Shown here piece after piece: positions 1 through 13,256 of a stretch of DNA of 64,000 nucleotides. Within the stretch, counting starts at the first letter, position 1. Every line of letters starts with the position of its first letter. The position numbers were made by a program, and so were the translations under genes. Source of the stretch: Toensbergia leucococca (lineage: Eukaryota); contig JALDZS010000066.1 of the NCBI GenBank assembly GCA_022813965.1, positions 1 to 64,000 on the forward strand, in the 5' to 3' direction. The notes beneath the pieces were generated by a model. That model was given only the letters and a program-made list of their open reading frames with translations, was not told where the DNA came from and ran no database searches.

Positions 1-962
1 CACATCCCCGTACTCACTGCATATCAACCCCCCCCCCCCACTTACACCCCTAAAAACCCCCCTCAGGCCCAAATCACCTTTCCTCATCTTTTGGATTCCA
101 AGCCAGGGCCTCTACCCCCCAGCCCCCCAAATTATCGCGGCCTTCAACCCTCCACCCTAGGGCCCCACTCCCCCCATCGGAAAAAAAAAAAAACTCAAAA
201 AAACCATCACTCCGCACCCCTTCCTCCCGTCACGCCTGCTCCCCTTTCTCTTCCCCCCGGAGCAAAAAAAAAAAGGATCTGAATCTGACACACCACACTC
301 AAAGGGGATGGGGGACAGGGGGACAGGAACATCCATCCGTATAAGTAAATGTTTGTAAACAGAAGAATAAAGTTGGGTTGGGGATTTAATTGAGGAGGTT
401 GAGAGTTCGATTGAGGAGGGGGGGGCACACTACCCCTTTTTTTTTGGGAGGGGGGGGGGGGGTTTGGGATTGGGTTGTTGAATGGAGTTTGTGTGTTTCG
501 AGAGGAGGATAGAATAGGGAGGGGTTTGCGATGTGGGGAGGGAGGGAGTGAAGGAGATGGGAGGGAAAGGGGGGTGGGGGTGGAGAGTGGACTGAGATTG
601 AGGGTCATGAATTTTCATTTGGGGGCGGTCCGGGGTGGCGATGTCGGGGCAAGGGATTGTGCTGTGTGCTTTTTGAAGTGCGGGACGGGAAGAGGTGGCG
701 ATGGGTGATGGGGATGGCGAGGAGTTTTGGGGGGGGGGATGAGCATCAAAGGGAGAAAGCTGGGGAATTCAAAAATGCAATTCAAATCTGAGGCTTTGAG
801 GGGACAAAGAGCCGGTCTAGGTCTAGTAATTGTGGCCCTTGGAAATACCAAACGCCGATTTCGCTCATGGGGCCAAATCAAGATATTGGAGAGTAGTATA
901 AGCGCTAATAGAATACCCAAATATAGCTTGTCTGCCCCCGAAATCACAGAGCAAAACTCGCA

Positions 963-2353
963 TTAAACCGCCGGAGCATGCGTAGTCAGCCAGGTTGAGA
1001 AAGCCGTAGGATTCCGAGTCTGCAGGAAGACTGTGCCTGGTCCGGTAAACTTGCACGCCAGTCCTTCGCCGGAGCTGAGACCGGATATGATGCCTCCGCT
1101 CGCGACGCGCTCGAGCACGTATTTGCAGTTCCAAGCTACGAGATGCCCGTTGTCGATGATGTACTTTTCCTCTGCTTGCAGCTGTGTGGTTATTGTTGTC
1201 AATAATAAATTACATTAAACTGGCACCCTGATCTTGGCAGCAAATGACTTACATCTTTTCTGATGATGGCTCCCCAGCTCGCGACCCATAAGATGCCGAC
1301 ACCGCTCATTTTGTACACAAAAAGACCCTCGCCAGAGAACATGGCTTTGCTAAAGCTTTGATTCTTGTATTCTTTGACGATGCCCTGGGTGGCGGCTAAG
1401 AAAGCGTCTTTGCCTACGTTCCATTGCTCTTCGCCCGTTAACCGGAGAGTCGTGATGTCTCCGAGGAAGGGTGGGGCGAATAACAACTCCCCAGGGCCGG
1501 TGTAGGTAGAATGTGCCATTTCACCACCAGCAATGAGCTTCTTCATGGAGAATTTGACAGCTCCTTTAAGGGTAATCGTAGGGGACATGGCAATCATAAT
1601 TGCTGTCTTAGGGGTTAATAACATACAGAAAAGAGAACAGCTGGTCACAGGTCATACTCCGGTAAAGAAAATGGTTACTCACCAGGTTTAGCAACTAAGG
1701 GACAGCCCATTGCCAATTGCAGAGTCAAGATTGTATTGCTATCTCTATGACTAATCCTGAAACTGCCACCATTAAAAGTCCCCACATCATCTTGCGTATG
1801 TTTGGCACCAGTAAAGTGACCTGCTGGTGGTGCCCCTCCAGGCATCTGTGAAGGCTGATTTGTATTGAGGGGTTGATTGGGTGACATGGGAGGCTGAACA
1901 TAATTAGGAAGCCCTACGTTTCCATTAGGTGGGGGTGGCTCCGAGGCCAAGTCAGGGATTCGCTGTTTGATAGGATTTGGGGGTGGAGATTGGGGAGGCG
2001 GCTGAAAGGAGGTGCGGGGACCGTTATTGGCATGTTGTATTTGAGGCGGGGGTGGAGGGGGATAGGCGCCTTGGGGAGGCGGAGAGGGTTGAGCGGGCGG
2101 AGGAGGATAGTATTGTTGCGTTACGGGTATACCTGGTGAAGGCTGAGGAGGTGGTGGGAAGGTTTGAGGGGCTACCCATGATTGTTAGCATATTCGACAG
2201 CGAAAATCAATTTCAGCATAATTGCAACCTTGCTGGGAATAACTGCGGTTGTCTGGTGGAGCTAGGCAGGTTCAACATTACACTTTGATGTCATTGATGC
2301 CGTATAGGAGACTTACGAGGATAGTATCCACCTTGCGGAGAATTGCTTTGCAT
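963..2353 (-). CDS. AIM24: AIM24/DUF124 (TRAP-like) family protein with Pro-rich N-terminus; multi-exon
   Basis: Exons give [12 protein letters not shown].., [66 protein letters not shown] introns join ORFs 1675-1950, 1199-1648 and 963-1202. Confidence 0.85.
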
Positions 2354-3193
2354 GTAGCTAGGTGGAGGGGCAGACATGATATGTATAAGGAGAGTAGTAC
2401 TGCTTTAGTGATGTGTCTTTCAATCTGCCTCTTGGGCAGGAAGCTTGATGAAGACTATCAAGGCGGCTTAGGCTGAAGGAGGGCCGGGTCTGACGTTCTG
2501 AAGTGCAAGGATACTTCAAAAAGCTCAAGCAGAGAAGTTGACAGATGGGTGGTTAGCAAGGAGTTGGACTTTGACGGGGGAGCTTGGTGATATAGCATCA
2601 TAAGGGTGGACAGCTGCACAATGGTAATTTGACAATATGATAGGCGGGGTAAGATTTGAAGCTGCTATATAAAGCAACATGGGTCTAATTAAAGACGGTA
2701 GACGGACTCAAAGAAGCGCCAGCGAGAAAAGAGACAATCTTACTGGCGAGTGGAGCGAGTGCTGGCGAGGGGACATTGTGGGCGGCTAGGGCTTGCTTGA
2801 GCCCTATCAGTAACCCTTCTACGGATAATGATACTCTTGATTGAGCTCGCTCAGGATTCTGCTATCAACATTCTATCAGGTACTAGCTATTATCATGTAA
2901 GAGAGTCAACGATATGTTTGATGGTGTTCTCTAAAAGCTATGTTATACACATGTCGTGTGACACCAAGTTCATCATGCTTCCTAAGCTGAACTGTTTCAA
3001 AAGAGGATGCCTCTCGTTTACTGACTACTATGTAACTCATAGCAGTGCCGCTAAGGTCAAGTCCAAACTCAAAGCAATCTTGATATTCAATCTTTCACGT
3101 GAATTCATCTGCAGCGAACATGCACACCTTGATGCTGCTCTTTCCCATTCTCCACCACGACATGATTTGCAAACCTGAGCGAGAAGAGCCAGA

Positions 3194-4374
3194 TCAAGTC
3201 TGTTGTCTCTTGCGCTTGCCCACTTGTGCCGAGAACCCTGTCTTGATGGCAGTCACACTGCGTCGGCTTCCACATGAATTGCATGTCACAAAGTAAAGAC
3301 GGTTCTCTCCTTTATTTAGCTCCGTGTCTGGTGAACGACAAGTTTTGCAGGTAACGTATTCCACTACATGACTGTCAGCCACGTTCCTCTCTCCAAATGA
3401 CACATACTGACCGATGTATCGTCGCAAGACATTTTCAATTTGTTTCTGTTGGAATCGACCTTTGATGACCAGACGCCTTGACCCATCAACACTGCCACTA
3501 GTACCCAATTCAGCGAATAAGAACTGCATGACATGCTCATCGGTTCGTTTCATTCGTTTACATATCTCGGCGATGTTGGCGAATATGGTTTTTTTGTTGC
3601 CTTCGCGAAGACATTGCGGTGGTGGGATCTTGTAGCTTTTGGATCCGCTTGATAATAGATCAGGATGATGATTGTGGAGAAGAGTGAAGAATCGAGTCAG
3701 CAGCATTGGATAGCTGATCGCCTGAGTTGAACTGTGTTGCCAGATTCCAGTTCCTTTTTCGAGATCACCCTCTTCTACCTCGGGAGATTCCTCAACACCA
3801 TTTTCAGTCTCGCCATTCTCATTCACACCAGCCTCAGCTAGCTTGGCATCAAAATCCTCCGTGTCAACAGCCTTGGTAGTCTTCTTCTTTTTCTTTTTCT
3901 TCAAAGCCGAGGCGTCAAACTCTCCATCAGCGGCAGGGGTCGGTTGATCACCAGCGTCATCTGTTTCGCCATCCTTGGGCTTCTTTGACTTCTTCTTTTT
4001 CGCTAAACCCTTGAACATATCAGTGACTTCATCTACGTCCTTGTCGTCGCCTGTTTTTGTCGCTGTGGTCGGAGAGGCTGAGTGAGGTTAGGAAAATTTT
4101 TCCTAGAGTATATAACTCATCGACAAGTAGAGCTTACTCATAGTATGCTTTTCTGCCGATGCCTTATCTGATGTGCCTTCTGAATGTGTTACATCGCCGT
4201 TTATGTCGACAATGGTAGTGCCTTGACTGAATGCGACCGACTTCCGAGGGCTTCGGATTGTCGTGGCAGTCTCCTAGTAATTATAAAGTATCAGCGCAGT
4301 ACAGTATAATCATGCTTGAAAGTATCTACAGCGGAAAAAAAGGGTCCTTGAGGTTTACTCACTGATTCGGCCAT
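3194..4374 (-). CDS. SUI3: Translation initiation factor eIF2 beta subunit
   Basis: Poly-Lys boxes, [29 protein letters not shown]2-C2 zinc finger CKTC..CNSC; ATG at 4374; in-frame 48-nt intron near 3363-3410. Confidence 0.97.
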
Positions 4375-4554
4375 GATTGTGAATTCTGAAAAGCACCAGC
4401 CTGGTTTTTGACAAGGCTTTCGTATCGCTGCAGTCAACTTACTTGGTAGTGGAATGGAGTCTCCCAGGCGCAGAGTGAGATTGGGGTAAAGTGGAAGATC
4501 AAAGGGAAAAGGGCGGCGTCGGCTGATTCTTGTTCACTGATTTTATGAATTATC

Positions 4555-4564
4555 ATCACGTGAC
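4555..4564. promoter_or_regulatory. TCACGTGAC bHLH (Cbf1-type) site in the divergent SUI3/TAF8 promoter
   Basis: ATCACGTGAC lies midway between the two divergent ATGs (4374 and 4723). Confidence 0.4.
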
Positions 4565-4722
4565 CATGCTCACGCGGCTAACCAATGATTTGCGAGGGAA
4601 TTCTTAAGCTTTGACTCCTCTTCCAGACTCCAGCACGATGTGTTGAACGAGTCCCACCATGTCATAACAATGGCAGTATCATCGAGATACTTCAACTTAA
4701 AGCCCTCTGCCATCACCGATAA

Positions 4723-5735
4723 ATGGCGCCCATGGCACTCGATGATATCCATTCCATAAAACGCTCTTCATCAACAGCCCAATTCGATGCGCCACCAGCA
4801 AAGAGGCAATTTTTAGGTCCTCTACGCCATCACAAGCTCACTTGGAAACCCAGCAATGCTTCCCAGGCAAATCTGCCCTCTCAGGATGCTGAAGTCATTC
4901 AGTCCAGTCTTACGCGCTCGATTGCGCTGGCATTGGAGGCTGTCGGTTTTCAAGCCGCAGATCCAGTCGCTATTGAGAGCTTTTGCGCCGAGGCCGAGGA
5001 GTGTACGAATGAATTCTCGGGGTGCATTGTTCTGTTATGGTGCTAACGCAAGTAGACATGGCTCATTTTCTCGCGAGTGTCCGAAGGTCTATGATATCCT
5101 CTCGACGAACCAGAGCAGTCCCAGAAGACTATCTCCATTCTCTCCATGCACATCAGCTCACCTTGAGATCCATTCTACCTCACCTCGACCCTCCCGTCTC
5201 TCCAACGAAGTCACAAATTCCCTGGTCAACAGAAATCAGAAACCACAATGATCAGCAATATTTCCGCTCTCTGGAGCTAGATCTGAACGAAACAGATCCA
5301 AGATCGCCCAGCGTGTATATTCCACGCCATTTCCCTGCATTTCCAAGCAAGCATACCTACAAATCTACCCCCGAATTTACGGACCGGGAAAATGACCCGA
5401 GGAAGATTCGAGAGCGAGCAACTGAGGAGGGTCGTATGGGAGAAGAAGCACTACGCAGGCTCGTAGGGGCGGGCTCACAGCGTATTATCACAGTATCGCA
5501 CCACGATACTGCAAAAATGGACTTGCATGTGCGACGCGATGTACTATGGAAAGAAACTATGCTTGCTGTAGCGCAAGACTCAAGTGCAGGAGTCAACTTC
5601 ACCAACGATATGCAAGACGTACGGGACGGAAAGCAGAAAGAAGTCTCTATCAGCGCAGAACGTCTTAGCTCAACTCTCAGCTCGGTAGTGAACGGTGATA
5701 GAAAATACTGGAGAAAAAGCGCCACAAGAACCTGA
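4723..5735 (+). CDS. TAF8: TFIID subunit 8 (bromodomain-associated histone fold plus TAF8 C-terminal domain)
   Basis: LTRSIALALEAVGF histone-fold region; YIPRHFPAFPSKHTYKSTP..DPRKIRERATEEGRMGEEALRRL; one intron ~5002-5054. Confidence 0.9.
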
Positions 5736-5990
5736 CCGGGAAACAGGCTTTTATAGCAGTCAAGGCTGAATGTGTAGCGATCGGCAGAGGCTAGGGATTT
5801 AGGACGTTGGATACGATTGCATTGTCGGGCGTTGGGGGCATTTTTATTGCGCGCAGATACCCTTGGTGCATGATAGGCATATTAAATGCATTGTGCATAC
5901 TCTCTCTCATATCACTGCATCTCCAGCATTACCACTGTGACTGAAATCCCAGGAGATACATGCTCTTTCACTCACCTCCAGAACCTCCGC

Positions 5991-6309
5991 TTACCGACTC
6001 TCCTCCCAACTCGTAGTCTCAACCATACACTCCGCCCCACACCTACAAAGCATCAGATCCAACCTCCGTACCCAACTCCACCCCCAAAAACCCCAGGGAA
6101 ACTGACCTCCTAAAAGCCCTCACAAGCGGCTCACAAACAATCACCGCCGGCCCCTCCCCCCTCTCCTCCAACCGACAAGCCCACTGCACCATCTCAAGCC
6201 TCTCACACTCCCCCAACTCAACCCCACCCTTCCTCCTGCGTCCCTTCACCGTCCCCTGAACTCGCTGCGGCAACTCCGACGCCGAAAACACTTCGACGGG
6301 CGGAGTCAT
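5991..6309 (-). CDS. SOM1: Mitochondrial inner-membrane peptidase accessory protein Som1-like
   Basis: MTPPV..CERLEMVQWAC..VIVCEPLVRAFRR|CGAECMVETTSWE; intron 6106-6043 (GTCAGT..TAG). Confidence 0.75.
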
Positions 6310-6421
6310 GGCGAAGTCTTGAGTGCGCGAACGAGAAAAATTGGCGCAGTTGTCGGTGCAAAGAAAGGAAAAATGAAGTTCTGAGCTTGATATCGCCTAG
6401 CGCCACCTTCACACCTAAAAA

Positions 6422-7559
6422 ATGAGCGCCGAAGCTCCAACCGCCGAGCTCCTGCTTGAAATCAAAGAGGAGACTCTCGACTCGGTCCAAAAACCCCCTC
6501 CCCCCAAAAAAAAGGGACCCAGCTAACCCACCAAAAAACCCCTAGCTCCTCTCCACCCTCCGCGCCTCCTTCGACACTCACCCCTCCACCCCCCTCCCCC
6601 CACTCTCCCGCCTCCTCTCCCTCTTCACCCACCCGCCCCCACCCCCCCAAAACGCCTACATCACAGCCCCAACCCCCCGATCCCACAAACCCCCCATCCT
6701 AGAACTAACCTCCCTGACCGCCTCCGCCGTCCCCGGCACCACGGACCTCCTAAACCGCACCCTGGCCCTCGCGCTCCTGGGCCCAAACCCCACAATCGCA
6801 ATCCTGCTGGATCTGAGCTCCACCTTCTCGATCCAGCTCTTGTATGACACGCTGCTGGAACTGCAAGCGTCTTCCTCGCCGACAACAACAGTACCAACAA
6901 CAGCAACAACAACGACAAAAACAGCAGCAAAAGCAGCACTCTCAAACCTCCACATCTTCCGGCCCCAATCCCCCTCCTCCCTCCTCTCCACCCTGCACTC
7001 CCTCCCCAAATACCTGCACTCCCTACCCCCAACCCCGCTCCCCCTCTCGCACCTAATCCTCTCCTCCCTCCCATCCCTCCCCCCAGACTTCCCTCCAACC
7101 AACCCCTCATCAACCCCCCACCATCACAACACCCTAACAACCGCCCTCCTAAACCTCCAACACCAAACCTCCTGCACGATAATAACAACCACCCACGCCC
7201 TCGCTTCCCCGTCCCCACTGCATGGGCATCTGTCCCTGAGGCCGCAGACGCCAGCGGTGTGGAATCGGGTCGTAGCCGCCAGGGTGGTTGTGGAGAGGGA
7301 GGGAAGGGGGAAGGTTGGGGTGGGGATGAGTGGGGAGGAGGCGGTTGGGAGGGAGAGGTGGAGGGATGAGGAGGTGAATGTGAACGGGGAGGGGAGGGGG
7401 AGGAGGGAGAGGGGGTATGTGGCCTGGGTTAATTGGTGGGGTGGTGAGGAGTGGGGCGTTGGTGTGAGGGAGGGGTTGAGGGCGTTGGAGGGGGGAGGGG
7501 GCTTTAGGTTCCAGGTGGATGTTGGAATGGGTAGAAGCAATGTAGGGGATAGCGACTGA
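6422..7559 (+). CDS. RAD51-paralogue/XRCC2-like DNA repair protein (divergent)
   Basis: Exon 1 6422-6484 (MSAEAPTAELLLEIKEETLDS) splices in frame to 6546-7559; RecA-like pattern ILELTS..GTTDLL, AILLDL, ALSNLHIFRPQSPSSLLSTL. Confidence 0.6.
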
Positions 7560-7623
7560 ATTTACGGCAGGTAACGCCAACAAGATATCCACGCATCCCA
7601 CATTCAAAACCCCCACAGCACAC

Positions 7624-10600
7624 CTACCCCCTCCCCGCCAACTCCCTAAACGCGCTCTCCCGCCCTAACAACTCCCCCGGCGCCCCCATCTCCACCACCC
7701 TCCCCCCACCCATCACAACCACCAGATCCGCATCCACAATCGTCCCCACCCGATGTGCCACGCTCAAAATCGTCCACTCGGCAAACTCCTCCCTCACAAC
7801 CCGCTGCACCATCTGATCCGTTTCGGCATCCACGCAACTCGTCGCCTCATCCAGCAGCAGCACCCGCCCGGGCCTCAACATTGCTCGCGCGAGGCAGAAT
7901 AGTTGCTGCTGGCCCTGGGAGAGGGGCTGAGTCGTCATGTCTGCGTCCAGGCCGCCGCGGGAGGAGAGGAGGGTCCAGAGATTTAATTTTGCAAGGGCGG
8001 TGATGATGGTGGGGTCCGGGTGGGTGTGGGTCGGGTCGGCGTTTAGGCGGACGGTGCCGGTTAGGAGGAAGGGTTCTTGTGGGATGGCGATTAGGCGCTG
8101 CCGGATTAGGGAGTGGGGGAGGGTAGGAAGGGGGTGGGTGTCTATCGTTATGGTGCCTGAGGTGAGATCGAGGAGGCGGAGGAGGGCGAGGAGGAGGGAG
8201 GATTTGCCGCTGGTTGGGGCAGGTGGTGAGTGGGTGGGGTTAGTTGTGGGTGGAGGGATTGGGGGTTGGGTGCTTACCTTCCTGTTCGGCCGCAGATGCC
8301 GACTTTTTGGCCTGGGGCGATTTTGAGGGAGATATCTTGGAGAGCAGGTTGTCCGCTTCTAGGGAGGTTCAGTGACTGTTCTTTTTGGCTTTTCATTTGG
8401 AAAGAGGGTTCTGTTGTAAAGTGTTCCCTTACCCGTAAGAAGCGGTGACGTTGTGAAACTCGATTGCTCCCTTGTTGGGCCAGTTATCTTCCGGAATGAC
8501 AGTCTCCTCCTGTCTGTCCTCCGGAATGGTGCTCGCGGCGAAACCCTTTATTCTTGCAATGGCGCCTAGGGACGTCTCGAGCGAGGTCCAAAAGGTGATT
8601 AAGTTTGCTAGTGTACTATTGAATCCTAGTACATTGTTCAGTGCGATGCCGATTGCTCCGCCGCTGGTTGTGCTGCGCAATTGGACTGCGAGAGCTACCA
8701 CTATCACTGCTAGGGCTGCTACGAGGAGATCAAGTACTAGATTCAGCCATCTCTGGATGCAGTAAAGGAGGTAATGGGGCTTTTGGGACGTATCTAGACG
8801 CAGGAGATTTTCTTGGATGTACGCTTCTTGCCATCCTAAAGCTCGGATTGTGCTCAGGCCTTCGAGGGTCTCTAGAAAGTGGGAATAGAGTGGACTTCTA
8901 GCTTCCAGGTCCATGAAGCGGAGCTGGCGAGAGGTGCGCAGGTAAACTTTTTGCAGTATGTAGAGGACTAGGAAGCAGAAGGGTATGGTGATGGCCATGT
9001 ATGTTGCTCCCGTGGATATGAGGATTATCTCTGCGGTACCTTGGCCGATGTCTGAGATCTTGATTAGCAAGAGTTGAGAGTACACAGGCATTGGCTTATC
9101 TATACTTGTAGTCGTTACCAAAGTAGCTATGGGTAAAGTTCCGTCTATCAAGGTCATATCTTCACTAAATCTGGGAGGTGTCAGCTTTTCAATATCATCT
9201 GAGTCTGCTAGGTCTGATACCTATTTAGCGTGACCCCTGTATCTGTAGACGCAAAGAACGATAAAGGAGCACTGGACGAGATTCAGTGACTGTTCAAAAA
9301 AAGAGCGCAGGAAAAGGAAACAGATACCTCATAACGGATTGCAGCAATATCCAATGGAGTCTTTGAGCAGACTTGACAACGATTTTAACGATCATCTGCC
9401 TATACCAATGTGAGTCTTCAGACGACGAAAGATCCGGAAAGCGGCATGATACATACCAAATCATGAGTCCAATAAAAACAAGACCACAAAGGTTAAGGAC
9501 AGTGTAGATACCGATGTACATGCCAAGATGAGTGCCCCCAGCCTCAGTCCACCACTTCAAAATGACCTCTAAATTATATCAGTACTTCCGAGGCAGTATG
9601 ACTGGAATCTACTCACGAGTAAATTTGGAACTAAAAGTATAGACGATCAGGAAAGTGAGATAAATTAGTGTCATACGCCACCCGATAGATCGAAGGTAGT
9701 ATTTATACACAGCGATATCGCCGACGCGCCGAGTGACATCGTCTACGTTTGGACTACTTTCTGGTGGAAGTGTTGAACTAGTCGTGTTTGTAGGCACGGG
9801 AACATTTTCTCCTTTTTCCTCCGGCCTCGAAGCCTGGAATAGTAGACTTTTTACATAGCCGTTCCCGGACCTTAAGTCTTCAAATGTACCTTGTTCAGCA
9901 ATACGTCCATCTATGCCCAATACGATGATGTGTTCCGCAGCAGGTAGGTGACGGGCTAAAAGATGTTATTGATAATCTTGATTTTGTTTTCTTCAAGTAT
10001 AGTTTATACCTACTTGCATGAGTGACAAGAACGACGGTCGATCCTAGTTGCCGGAAAAGTCCGGACTTCCCCAACAATCTATTAAAGACTAAATGTTCGG
10101 TGTTGGTATCTAGTGCACTAAACACATCGTCAAGAAGAACAACATCTCTCCTTGCATAAACTGTTCGTGCCAAAGCCTAGTTGATGATCAGCCGAATTCA
10201 TATCTTAGAGGCGCCAAACTTACTAGGCGTTGCTTCTGACCACCACTCAGAGTCAGGCCTCTACTTCCAACCAGAACTTGGTCACCTTGAGGTATTTGCT
10301 TCATGTCCTGGTCTAAAACACAAGCATGCATAACAGTCTGATACCATTCCTCGTCAATGTCCATTCGATCAAGTGGCCCACATACTATTTGCTTGACACT
10401 CATATTTGGAAGCCAAGGTTCCTGGGGACAATAAGCCATCCTCTTAGAGATGACATAACAAAGGCCATGCTGGCTGGGTAGCTCTCCAAGTATAACTTTC
10501 AGTAGTGTTGATTTCCCAGAGCCTATAGGTCCTACAATCATGGAAAGAGACGAGCATTTGATGCCGAGATGTATGTCGTGAAGGATCGGTGGTAATTCTT

Positions 10601-12800
10601 GTGCAGGGCTGACAGTCACACTTGTCATTGTCACAGCAATGCTCTCTTTGGAACGGCCAGTTCTGCCATCCTTTGGAGTGTAATTAAGTAACTCGATCGA
10701 TTCGTTGTGTTGCGATGAGAAAGGCTGATTTACAACACTACTTGAATCGTCAGGTGTCTGCCGATTTTCCTCCCTTGATTGAGCTAGAAGAAACATTTCT
10801 ATGCGATCGAAGCAAGCAAAGGCTGACGTGAACGTTGGAATGATTGATATCAATGAAGCGACAGGGTTTGTTACTAGAATGATGATCGAGATGGAAGTAA
10901 AAGCCTGAGCCGTGGAAAGTGGATTCCCTCCCTGAACATGGGAGAGTATTGCATAGATGGCTAGAGTGATAAGTGGCGACAGCATGGCCGGTATGTTCGC
11001 TTGAAAGACGTATATCAGCTACGGTATATATCCCTTTCCAAGGATACGCTGCTTACCTGCTACGTTCATCCAGACAACATACATTCTATACTTTTCAAAG
11101 TAGGAAAGTTCTCGTACTCTCTGACTTTGAACCAATGATGATATCGTTTCCGATATACCTAACATCTTGACGCTTTTCATAGAGCCAAGCATGGATGATG
11201 TTATAGCAACTCTTTGCTGGATTGCTTTTACCCAAATCTGCTGGCCATTACGCATAGGCTTTGCAATGCGAAAACTTGCGAGAGTGCAAGCTAGAAAAAT
11301 ATCAGTATTGTCCTCATTATTTATCATGACACCTACTTGTAGAAGCTATTATCGGGACAACGCATACCCATCCTACCTGTCTCTCCAGCAACCAAAGTCC
11401 TAAGCCTATCTCTATAATGTTTGCCCAGGTTTCATGAATGTCCTCCAAGCTAGATTCAATTCTATCGATATCGGTACTCATCAATGTCACAGCAGCTGAT
11501 TCATCGTAAACACCTGTTCTAAGATCAAGCGTCCTGCAGTAAATCAAAGAGACGAGTGAACCTCTAAACATGGTAATCATTCGGAACAGCTTGTGTTTGT
11601 AGTGAACAGTGGAGATCTATAAAATCGGTAAGCCAGTCCTCTAGAGATTTAATTTGGGGTGTCTAACAGCAATACCAAAGTAGATAAGACCCGTCGCTGC
11701 TATTAGTCCATAGCCTTGATTGATGCTGGCTTTAGTGATAGGTTCGTTGACAAATTCGATAGTCCTGTTAATAAGGAAAGGTTGTGCATAGCTGAAGCCA
11801 ATGAGACAAAGCCGTGGAAATATTCCAGATGAAATGTGCCATCGAAGACAGTACGCTGTTGCAGCAGGTAAGCAGTAGCGAGACTTTGGCTGATCTGAGT
11901 GAGTCAGCAAAAGTTCAATAACACGATGACTGGTAATGGAGATGGCGTACAATGATCCCAGGTACGCTGCATCCTTTCCTGCAATCCTTCGGAAAGCAAC
12001 TCCTCATCAGGAGCGTAAAGGTCTTGAAGTGAAATCATTCTTCGAAACCCAGATAAGAATAAAGCATTAAGCCACAAAAACAAACTCCTATTGAATATCC
12101 CACTCAATGCTTCGGGAGGTAAATTTTGAAACGGGTGTCTGAGGTATCTTCTCTTTCCACGGCTTTCTATCAGGAGAAGCATAAGTCTTATGCCTACACT
12201 CGCTGTAAGAACAGGGGCAATTGCATGACTATTATTTTTAAGATAGAGTGTTCTCGCTTGAACAATGTCAAAGAGAAGCGAGAGCAACAAATATATAGCG
12301 AGCAAAGCAGACGGACGTATTGATCTCGTATGCTCCATTGATGACAAAATAGCGATGGCGACGGCACCGATCAAAGACAAGACTGCAGATGCAATTGAAG
12401 CACGGGTTTGGGGTGAATCATCGAGACTCCAAAGAACTAAAAGAACTAATTGAAGGCATGCGAAAATGAGGAAAGCGAGCTGGCAGGTGTTGCGTTAGTC
12501 TAAAGCGAAGTAGTAGAGCATGAGAAGAAATCATATTGCATTCATAAAGCATACCAATTTTGCTCTGCGCATAGTATTAGGTATCGTCTTCACACTCGAT
12601 CGATATAGCTGTGCAAATCTGACAGGGAAAAGCAAGATCAATATGGCCGAGGGCAGAATCGAAAGAATGCTTTGCTCGAAAAGCAGAGTGAAATCAAAGC
12701 CACCCCGACAATGATCTTGGATCGCTGGACCAAAAACATTGTCGGCGGTAACATTGCAGGAATACAGCAACTGGCTTGCGATGGATGTATTTCCGGCCAT
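7624..12800 (-). CDS. Full-length ABCC (MRP-type) ABC transporter, many introns
   Basis: N-terminal FGP..CRGGFDFTLLFEQSIL; NBD1 GPIGSGKS, LSGGQKQR, LLDD; TMD2 RQLRFMDLEARSPLYSHF; NBD2 GRTG|SGKS, LSQGQQQL, LLDEATS, AHR. Confidence 0.95.
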
Positions 12801-13081
12801 GAAGAAAAGAACTGCAAAGACCTCAACAGTGAGGTGTCTGTCTTGCCTAAGGTCAGATGAAGTTGAAGCACTTGTAGAATACTCGTAGTGAGCATGTCAA
12901 CTAAATACGTGTCATGGACTGATCTTTGATCACTAAGATGACTCACTGATGCAGCCTAACCAGAAAACTAGCTATGAGGGTTGAGGTACACGCTCTCGAC
13001 GCTGAGCTGAAAGTTACCTTAGTGGAGATACTAGAATAGAGACTGAATTACGGTAAATATACAGTAAACAGACAGTAAGGT

Positions 13082-13256
13082 AATTCAAGTGAGAACGTAA
13101 TTCTTGAATCTGTAAAACTAGACAGTAATTTAATAACAATGTTAAAAAACATCAGAACGCTCTCACAGATTAAGCGTCAAATTTGTACTACATAATCAAG
13201 AATTGACGTTCTTACTGTGAATTATGTCAAATTTGTATTACATAATCAATAATTGA
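13082..13256. repeat. AT-rich direct plus inverted repeat cluster
   Basis: 31-bp unit GTCAAATTTGTA(C/T)TACATAATCAA(G/T)AATTGA at 13176 and 13226; 13082-13107 is an imperfect reverse complement of ~13196-13223. Confidence 0.75.

Noticed and set aside
1..950. Several Pro/Gly-rich ORFs
   Set aside because: Products of homopolymer-rich, skewed sequence; no recognisable domain
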